Shown piece after piece: positions 57,891 through 64,000 of a stretch of 64,000 bases of DNA. The notes under the pieces were generated by a model. The model made no database searches and was not told where the DNA came from. It worked only from the letters and a program-made list of their open reading frames with translations. The DNA is from Gemmatimonadota bacterium (GTDB lineage: Bacteria > Gemmatimonadota > Gemmatimonadetes > Gemmatimonadales > GWC2-71-9). The stretch covers positions 1,664 through 65,663 of the forward strand of contig JBKPAO010000060.1 in NCBI GenBank assembly GCA_046726475.1. Direction: 5' to 3'. The position numbers and the translations under genes were made by a program. Position 1 is the first letter of the stretch, and the number at the start of each line of letters is the position of its first letter.

Positions 57891-58325
57891 ATGCCCGACG
57901 GCTTCCTCGAAATCACCCCCGACCTCCGTCTTCCCTTCCTCGAGCTGGAGTACCTCGCCTCGCGTTCCGGCGGCCCCGGCGGCCAGCATGTGAACACGTC
58001 CTCGACCCGGATCGAGCTCTGGTGGGATGTGGCGCGATCGCCCAGTCTCACTCCAGAGCAGCGGTCATGGTTGCTGAAGCGACTCGCACCGCGCCTTGAT
58101 TCCGAGGGGCGTCTCCGGCTGGTCTCCAGCGGGTCGCGAAGCCAGCTCAGGAATCGAGAGGACGTGACCGAGCGACTGCGAACCCTGGTGGCAGCGTCGA
58201 TGGTGGTACCCAAGAAGCGGAAGCCTACCAAACCTACCCGCGCGGCAAAGGCGGCCCGCCTGGAAGCTAAGCGCCGCCGTGCGACCACGAAGCAGCAGAG
58301 GCGTGCTCCCTCGCCCGACGACTAG
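57891..58325 (+). CDS. arfB: alternative ribosome rescue factor ArfB (peptidyl-tRNA hydrolase, GGQ)
   Basis: It has ...SGGPGGQHVNTSSTR... and a basic C-terminal tail (KKRKPTKPTRAAKAARLEAKRRR). Confidence 0.88.
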   Translation: MPDGFLEITPDLRLPFLELEYLASRSGGPGGQHVNTSSTRIELWWDVARSPSLTPEQRSWLLKRLAPRLDSEGRLRLVSSGSRSQLRNREDVTERLRTLVAASMVVPKKRKPTKPTRAAKAARLEAKRRRATTKQQRRAPSPDD

Positions 58326-58333
58326 CGCGGAGG

Positions 58334-59002
58334 ATGGCACCAGAATTTTCGCTACAATGCGCCGCCATTCTGTTCGACCTGGATGGCGTTCTCGTCGATT
58401 CGGCGGCGTGCATCGAAGGCACCTGGCGCCGCTGGGCGCTGCAACACCAGCTCGATCCCGCACAGGTGATCTCGCTGGCGCACGGCCGTCGAGCGATCGA
58501 GACGCTCCAACTCATAGCCCCTCACCTGGCGCCCGACACAGAGCTGGCCGCGTTGGCGGCGAGCGAATCGAGCTCCAGGGAGGGCATCTTGGAGATCGAG
58601 GGCGCCCGGGAAATGCTTCAGCACCTGCCGCCGGGTACTTGGGGGATCGTCACCTCAGGTATTCGCGAGGCTGCGATCTTCCGGCTGAGGCATACTGGGC
58701 TGCCGGTCCCGGAGGTCTTGGTCTGTGCCGATGAAATCCAGCACGGGAAGCCTGATCCGGAGGGGTATCTGACCGCGGCCCGCCGACTCGGCGTCTCTCC
58801 CGCTGCATGCATCGTCATCGAAGACGCGCCGGCAGGGCTGGAGGCGGCCCGCGCAGCGGGCATGCGGTCGATTGCAGTGAGCGGAACCTACAGCCGGGAA
58901 AGACTCACGATGGCGGATTACACGATCTCACGTCTCGGCGCGATGCAGGTCAGTACCGCGAAGAATGACGCGCTCGTCGAGATTCACTTAGCGTCAGATT
59001 GA
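58334..59002 (+). CDS. HAD-IA family hydrolase
   Basis: Motif I is ILFDLDGVLVDS and motif IV is ...IVIEDAPAGLEAA.... Confidence 0.8.
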   Translation: MAPEFSLQCAAILFDLDGVLVDSAACIEGTWRRWALQHQLDPAQVISLAHGRRAIETLQLIAPHLAPDTELAALAASESSSREGILEIEGAREMLQHLPPGTWGIVTSGIREAAIFRLRHTGLPVPEVLVCADEIQHGKPDPEGYLTAARRLGVSPAACIVIEDAPAGLEAARAAGMRSIAVSGTYSRERLTMADYTISRLGAMQVSTAKNDALVEIHLASD

Positions 59003-59011
59003 GGAGAACCT

Positions 59012-59185
59012 ATGGCTACTGCAAGACAGAAGGCGGCAGCACGACGCAACATCAAGAAGGCAGCGAAAGCAGCGAGACGGAAGAAGACCATCGCCAAGCT
59101 GCCCAAGAAGATCCGCACGGCGCTGGGAAAGCAGGGGGCCAAAATGGCGCAGCGGAAGCGACGCGGTCGCGGAAGCACTGCTTAA
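59012..59185 (+). CDS. small highly basic protein (57 aa; Lys/Arg/Ala-rich, histone-H1-like composition)
   Basis: It is not in the ORF track because it is under 60 aa. The strong SD GAGGAG (59001-59006) lies 5 nt before ATG 59012. The translation is MATARQKAAARRNIKKAAKAARRKKTIAKLPKKIRTALGKQGAKMAQRKRRGRGSTA, with TAA at 59183-85. Confidence 0.5.
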   Translation: MATARQKAAARRNIKKAAKAARRKKTIAKLPKKIRTALGKQGAKMAQRKRRGRGSTA

Positions 59186-59210
59186 CATCTAACTCACCGA
59201 GGTCTCGCCT

Positions 59211-59681
59211 ATGCCCACTACCCTTGCACCGGAGCAGACCGCGGCCGCTCTGCGCCAGCTCCATGCCTCGCTTCTAGACTCCTGGAACCGCCGTGACGCA
59301 GCGGGGTTTGCCGCACTGTTCACACCTGCGGGAAACGTCGTCGGATTCGATGGAAGTCCGGTGGACGGAGCCGGCACCATCCGGGATCACCTGCAGCAAA
59401 TCTTCACCGACCACCGTCCCGCCGCCTACGTTGCCATTGTGCGGGAAGTGCGCCAGCTCGGCTCCGACACGGCGCTACTTCGTGCGGTGGCGGGAATGGT
59501 GCCACCGGGAAAGACCCAGGTGAATCCCGCGGTGAATGCCATCCAGAGTCTGGTCGCGCGGCAGGAGAAGGGACGTTGGCTGATCGAGCTGTTCCAGAAC
59601 ACGCCGGCGGCGTTTCACGGTCGTCCCCAGGAGGCGGCAGCCCTCACCGCTGAACTGCAGCGGCAGTCGGACGCGAAGTAG
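59211..59681 (+). CDS. SgcJ/EcaC family (NTF2-like, DUF4440) protein
   Basis: ...LLDSWNRRDAAGFAALFTPAGNVVGFDG...GRWLIELFQNTP... is the family pattern. Confidence 0.72.
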   Translation: MPTTLAPEQTAAALRQLHASLLDSWNRRDAAGFAALFTPAGNVVGFDGSPVDGAGTIRDHLQQIFTDHRPAAYVAIVREVRQLGSDTALLRAVAGMVPPGKTQVNPAVNAIQSLVARQEKGRWLIELFQNTPAAFHGRPQEAAALTAELQRQSDAK

Positions 59682-59785
59682 GAGGACGGGCGGACAGGCG
59701 GAGTGACGTTCAGACCAGTCATCCTGAGTGAAGTGAAGGATCCGTTCCTTCCCCGTCCGCCTGCCCGCCTGTCCGCCTGTCCGCC
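59681..59785. repeat. mirror array, octamer AGGCGGAC / GTCCGCCT with a nested half palindromic element
   Basis: GGAGGAC GGGCGGAC AGGCGGAG (59681-59703), a 51-nt spacer, then GTCCGCCT GCCCGCCT GTCCGCCT GTCCGCC (59755-59785). The spacer contains GTCATCCTGAGTGAAGTGAAGGATCC (59718-59743). Confidence 0.88.
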
Positions 59786-62259
59786 AGCAAATGCTGCACC
59801 GCCCGCACCAGCGCCTCGGGTGTCACTGGCTTTTGAATGAAGGCCATCCCCGGCGCGAGCAGTCCCCGCCGCTGGATGTCGCCGTCGGTGTAACCGGAGG
59901 TAAAGAGCACCGGTGTTTGAGGACGAAGCTCGGCGATCCGATCTGCCAGCTGGCGTCCGCTTCCACCCGGCATGACTACGTCGGTGAGCACCAAATTGAT
60001 GGGTTCGGTGCTCTCCATGAAGCGCTCCATCGCCGCGGCGGCCGTTCCCGCCTCCACCACCCGATAGCCCGCGTCCTCCAGCGAGCGCTTCAGTATAGAT
60101 CGGACCGGCGCCTCGTCCTCCACCAACAGGATGCACTCACCCCGCCTGGTCCGTTCAGGGCCCACGCCCTTCGGTTCGACCGCTACCGTGCCGGTCCGTA
60201 ACGGGAGATAGATCTTGAACGTGGTTCCCTGCCCCGGCTCGCTGTACGCCCAGATATAGCCATCCGACTGTTTCACGATTCCGTAGACAGTGGAGAGGCC
60301 GAGGCCGGTTCCCTTCCCCAGTCCTTTGGTGGTGAAGAACGGCTCGAATATGTGGCTCAGCGTCTCGCGGTCCATCCCGTGACCCGTATCCGACACGGCA
60401 AGCACGGCGTATTCGCCGGGGCGCACCGACGTCCCCGGCTTGAGCTGGGCGTAGCCGCCGCTCAGCTCGGTCCGGAACGTCTCCACGGTGATGGCACCGC
60501 CGCGTGGCATCGCGTCGCGCGCATTGAGCGCGAGGTTGAGAAGTACCTGCTCCAGTTGGCCGGGATCGGCCCGCGCCAGCGTTGGCTCGGCTGCGGTCTT
60601 CACATACACCGAGCAATCCTCCCCCATCAGCCGGCGGAGCACCGGCTCCCATTTCCTCACCACCTCGTTGAGATCCAGGATCTCCAACCGGAGCACCTGC
60701 CGGCGGCTGAAGGCGAGCAGCTGGCCCGTTACGGCGGCTGTGCGCTCGGCTGCCTTCTGAATGAACTCGACGTCTTGCCGCACCGCCTCCGGGATATCGG
60801 GACGCTGGAGGATGAAATCAGCAGCACCCATCACCACGCTCATCTGATTGTTGGTCTCGTGCGCGACACCGCCGGCCAGGCGGCCTACCGACTCCATCCG
60901 GTGGGCCTGCCGAAGCCGCTCCTCGGTCACCCGCCGCTCGGTCACGTCGGTGCACACCCCGGCCAGATAGACCGGCTCTCCCGCCTCGTTGCGCCGCACC
61001 TCGCCCTGATCCGCAATCCAGCGCACCTGACCTCCGGGAAGCACGATGCGAAACTGGTAATCCAAGTCTCCCCCACCCTGGAGCACCCGCCTCACCGATT
61101 CGGCGACGAACGTGCGATCGTCGGGATGGACCCGTTCAAGGAACTCCTCGTAACTCGAGATCCGCTCGCCGGGCACGAGGCCATAGAGCTTCCGAAGATT
61201 CTCATCCCACACCAGTGAGTTGTCCTCGACCGACCAGACCCAGGTTCCCATTCGGGCGGCCTCGAGCGCACGCCGGAGGCGCTCCTCACTGTGGGCCAGC
61301 GCCTCGGTTGCCTCGAGTCGCTCCCACCGCACTGCCGCCGCGAGCACCAGTCCGGTGATGGCCACGGCAGCCAGATAACTGCTGAGCGCGAATAGCGTGT
61401 TCGTGGTGGTCCCGCCGACGAAGGGGCCGCTCCCTCCAACGGTGTGGACCACCGCAGCGACGGCAACGCTAAGTGTCATCACAGCGGCCCCTCGAGCGCC
61501 GAAGCGGAGCGCCGCCCAGATCACGAAGGGGAACAAGAGGTATTGGTAGTCTACCTGCCGAAGCACATTGGGATCGACCAGCCGCCCGAGACCCACTTCC
61601 GCGACGATCAGCGCCCCGATGCAGAGCACGACCAGCTCGAGGATTGGTCTGCTGCTTCCCTCCTGACGCGGCGGACTGCTCCAGGCCAGGATTGCCGGTG
61701 CCACCACCAGGGCGCCGAGGAGGTCCCCAGTCCACCAGATGGCCATGGCAGGCAGTAATCCCCCGGGAAGCTCGCCGGCGAGTGAGAGCATGGCGGTGCC
61801 GATCACGGCGCTGCAGAGCGAGCCTACGGGAGCAGCGAGCAGGATGAGAGCGCGGACCTGTCGGAGATCGTCGAGCTGAGGCCTATCGCCGGCGGTGCGC
61901 CGGAGGAGGTACGCGGCGACGAGTGCCTCCGCAGTATTGCCGACTGCGATACCGCCGGCGGTCCAGAGCGGGACCGGTGTTGCGGCGTTGGCCAGGAATG
62001 CCCCGAGGAAAACGCCGGGCCAGTAGCGGTATCCCAGGAGAGTCAGGGCGGCAAAGGCGATTCCGCTGGGCGGCCAGATTAGCGATACGCTGTGACCGAT
62101 CGAGGCGTAGGCGAGACCGAGCCGGGCTGTCGCATAGTAAACGCCGGCGAGAAGCGCTACCGTGACCGCGTAGCGGAGACCCTGCTGGAGAGACGCTTTG
62201 CTTCCTAGGGAAGCTGAGTCCATGCCGAGAACCGGTGGCCGGAGGAGGCCCTGAAGCAT
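59719..62259 (-). CDS. MASE1-PAS hybrid sensor histidine kinase/response regulator
   Basis: The N-terminal multi-TM region is MASE1-like (...LRYAVTVALLAGVYYATARLGLAY...). It also has PAS, the H-box LAGGVAHETNNQM, an ATPase domain and a receiver. The start is ambiguous (ATG 62259 or 62223; ORF-track 62301 lies in a repeat). The last ~23 aa are repeat-encoded. Confidence 0.85.
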   Translation of the reverse strand: MLQGLLRPPVLGMDSASLGSKASLQQGLRYAVTVALLAGVYYATARLGLAYASIGHSVSLIWPPSGIAFAALTLLGYRYWPGVFLGAFLANAATPVPLWTAGGIAVGNTAEALVAAYLLRRTAGDRPQLDDLRQVRALILLAAPVGSLCSAVIGTAMLSLAGELPGGLLPAMAIWWTGDLLGALVVAPAILAWSSPPRQEGSSRPILELVVLCIGALIVAEVGLGRLVDPNVLRQVDYQYLLFPFVIWAALRFGARGAAVMTLSVAVAAVVHTVGGSGPFVGGTTTNTLFALSSYLAAVAITGLVLAAAVRWERLEATEALAHSEERLRRALEAARMGTWVWSVEDNSLVWDENLRKLYGLVPGERISSYEEFLERVHPDDRTFVAESVRRVLQGGGDLDYQFRIVLPGGQVRWIADQGEVRRNEAGEPVYLAGVCTDVTERRVTEERLRQAHRMESVGRLAGGVAHETNNQMSVVMGAADFILQRPDIPEAVRQDVEFIQKAAERTAAVTGQLLAFSRRQVLRLEILDLNEVVRKWEPVLRRLMGEDCSVYVKTAAEPTLARADPGQLEQVLLNLALNARDAMPRGGAITVETFRTELSGGYAQLKPGTSVRPGEYAVLAVSDTGHGMDRETLSHIFEPFFTTKGLGKGTGLGLSTVYGIVKQSDGYIWAYSEPGQGTTFKIYLPLRTGTVAVEPKGVGPERTRRGECILLVEDEAPVRSILKRSLEDAGYRVVEAGTAAAAMERFMESTEPINLVLTDVVMPGGSGRQLADRIAELRPQTPVLFTSGYTDGDIQRRGLLAPGMAFIQKPVTPEALVRAVQHLLADRRTGGQADGEGTDPSLHSG

Positions 62260-62277
62260 ACACTTCTCTGAGCCCCC

Positions 62278-62321
62278 GTCATCCTCTAACCTCACCCTCA
62301 TCCCGAACGCAGCGAAGAGCC
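62278..62321. repeat. degenerate copy of the GTCATCCTGAGCGAAGCGAAGGATC element
   Basis: GTCATCCT lies at 62278-85. CTCATCCCGAACGCAGCGAAGAGCC (62297-62321) matches about 18 of 25 positions of the arm at 47862. Confidence 0.5.
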
Positions 62322-62390
62322 TGTCCGCGCGGTTGCAGTTTTAGTCACCACAATGCAGTGTAGTATCGAGAAAAAGACCTGGGTCAGGGA

Positions 62391-62645
62391 ATGATTCATT
62401 CGATCGTGCGCTCCTGTTTCGCCGGCACCCTCCTCTGCGCCTGCGCCGGTGCCACGCAGAGCAGCCAGAGCGCGGTACCCGTCAAGCACGAACCTGATTG
62501 CAGCTTCCGATCGGCCAGCACCTGCTGGACAGTTTCCGGCAGGTTTCCTGCCGCGCGTCCGAGCGGTACCCCTCAGCTTCCTAAGACCCTCGAGGCTCCT
62601 GCCTCACTCGCGGCCGGTCGCCAGACGCCAGACACTAGTCGCTAG
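62391..62645 (+). CDS. possible small lipoprotein (hypothetical)
   Basis: MIHSIVRSCFAGTLLCACAG is signal/lipobox-like and the first half has reasonable GC3. The RBS is poor and the 3' end runs into the heptamer array. Confidence 0.3.
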   Translation: MIHSIVRSCFAGTLLCACAGATQSSQSAVPVKHEPDCSFRSASTCWTVSGRFPAARPSGTPQLPKTLEAPASLAAGRQTPDTSR

Positions 62646-62720
62646 TTCCCAGTCATCGGTCCTCAGTCGTTAGCCGGCATTGATCAGTCCGCCAGTCCGC
62701 CTGTCGGCCTGTCCTCGCCT
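62637..62720. repeat. two adjacent direct arrays: AGTCNNN x6 (7-nt period) and GTCCGCCW x4 (8-nt period)
   Basis: AGTC/AGTT/AGTC/GGTC/AGTC/AGCC start at 62637, 62644, 62651, 62658, 62665 and 62672. GTCCGCCA GTCCGCCT GTCGGCCT GTCCTCGCCT follow at 62687-62720. No inverted partner was seen nearby. Confidence 0.75.
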
Positions 62721-63209
62721 TTGGTGCAATAGCACCCCGCGTTACCCCGTTCCACATTCGATCTTCGCACCCAGCCCAATGTCCATTTATCCAAACGCCG
62801 CCTCGCCTTACTAAGGCGTCTGCGATCGGAACCGGGACTCTGAACGATGCGGAACCGGAGCACTCGGCCTTGTGCCGTCACGATCTATTCGGGACTCAGC
62901 TGCGCACTTGGCGTCCTCCTGGTGCTGGTCCCAGCTGCGTGTCGCGATCAACCCGCGGCCCACTATCGGACCTCGGATAGATCTCCGAGTATGCCCGGCT
63001 ACTTCTCCCTCCTGGGTTTGCCTGGAATCAGTTGCTTCAGGCTGCTGCGAAGCCTGCCGCCAATCAGCTGCGCAGGCAGTCGGATGATAAAGCTGCCGAT
63101 ATCATGAGCGAAGCCAGCTGGAAAGCCGATAGCGTGGTCGCCCAGACCAAGCGGCAGGCGGGGGAGATCGGTGGGCAACAGTGAGATAGAGCTTTAGGCG
63201 GGCTCAGCG

Positions 63210-64000
63210 ATGACACTCCTCTTACTCAGTCTTAGCGGTCTGCTGGTCGGCCAGACTGATTCGCTGGCCGTCCGGGTGGATTCCGCCAAGCATGAAGTGG
63301 TGCTGAGTGTTCACGCTCTCGCGTCGGCGCGCCCCGCGGGCCACGAGCATGGAGCGGCCGAACATCACTCCATGTCTCTCTACGGATGGACCAGCTTCGA
63401 CTGGCCGGTGGACGGATGGGCTCGAGGTTTTCGCCTCAGCATACTGGCATGTAACCAGCCGTTGCGATCCCACAACATTCTGCACCACCTGGTCGTTGCC
63501 AACCTAGCGAGACGGCAGCTGGTCCATTCGGCCATGGAACGATTCCTGGCTATAGGGAGTGAGACTCCTGACGTCGTTTTACCCAAAACGGTGGGTATTC
63601 CGCTGCGGGCAGGTACCCCACTCGCCATCAGGATCGCCTGGGCTTCTCCCTCCATTAAGGGCTGTGATCTAGTTTTTCGACTGGTCATCCTCTGGACCCC
63701 GAAGAACCTCGTCCCGTCACCGACCTCGGTTCTCCCGTTTTACGTGGACGTGGAGCAGAAAAATGTACTCGCCTCGAATCTGTTCGATGTCAGACCGGGA
63801 CGGTCCACGCAGACTTTGGATTTCGCGTTGCAGGTGCCGGGACGACTCCTCGCCGCCGGCGCGCACCTGCACCGGTACGGCCAGAGGATCTCGCTTGTCG
63901 GCCTGCCCCGCGACACGCTCTCAACCCTCAGAGCCCGCTATGAGGAGAAAGCCGGTATCCTGCGGATCGACCAGAAGCTCTATGGTGTGGCAGGCCGGGG
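63210..64000 (+). CDS. hypothetical secreted protein, partial (open to window end); possible copper monooxygenase-like His motifs
   Basis: The frame is open from ATG 63210 to the window end (263 codons) and is absent from the ORF track because it has no stop. The signal peptide is MTLLLLSLSGLLVGQ. The motifs HNILHHLVV and GAHLHRYGQ are noted. Confidence 0.55.
   Translation, partial: MTLLLLSLSGLLVGQTDSLAVRVDSAKHEVVLSVHALASARPAGHEHGAAEHHSMSLYGWTSFDWPVDGWARGFRLSILACNQPLRSHNILHHLVVANLARRQLVHSAMERFLAIGSETPDVVLPKTVGIPLRAGTPLAIRIAWASPSIKGCDLVFRLVILWTPKNLVPSPTSVLPFYVDVEQKNVLASNLFDVRPGRSTQTLDFALQVPGRLLAAGAHLHRYGQRISLVGLPRDTLSTLRARYEEKAGILRIDQKLYGVAGR

Noticed and set aside
62847-63107. An 86-aa ORF with a lipoprotein-like N-terminus (MRNRSTR...LLVLVPAAC).
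   Set aside because: It has no RBS. Its second half has rare codons (AGA, ATA) and no protein-like pattern. It may be a remnant, and confidence is too low to list it as a feature.

Overview
This is a high-GC bacterial chromosomal segment, roughly two thirds G+C by eye, and it is densely coding on both strands. Most genes are housekeeping. Translation and ribosome genes are rplY-pth-ychF, rpsF-rpsR-(DUF2232)-rplI, rsfS, rpmE-prfA-prmC, arfB and one tRNA-Gln(UUG). Other core genes are smc, prs, ispE, pdxJ, aroF, tmk, trxA and a metY-(beta-carbonic anhydrase)-metX operon. Envelope genes include two GT4 glycosyltransferases, PKD lipoproteins, SpoIID/LytB, a SPOR protein, LolA, an S41 protease, DUF4105 and a 1069-aa outer-membrane protein that combines an MA-peptidase-like domain, PD40 repeats and an Omp85-like barrel. 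Regulators are two paralogous PAS hybrid histidine kinases, a sigma-54-dependent response regulator, a Crp/Fnr regulator and a short RpoD-like sigma factor. Gene content suggests a Gemmatimonadota/FCB-like organism, but that is inference only. I saw no transposase, integrase, cas, toxin-antitoxin, phage or recognisable defence genes. The most unusual signal is non-coding. About half of the longer intergenic gaps carry 'mirror arrays', in which 3-7 tandem copies of a 7-8-nt unit face a second array made of the reverse complement of that unit. The unit sequence differs from locus to locus, and several arrays touch stop codons, a start region or promoters. A second repeat family is the GTCATCCTGAGCGAAGCGAAGGATC palindrome and its fragments. 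The metY leader carries a candidate Cys/Met-rich leaderless uORF followed by an intrinsic terminator. Three ORFs absent from the supplied track are proposed: a partial DUF4159 gene at the left edge, a 57-aa basic protein, and a partial secreted protein at the right edge. All coordinates of non-CDS features were derived by hand and anchored to ORF-track start/stop codons, so they may be off by 1-2 nt.
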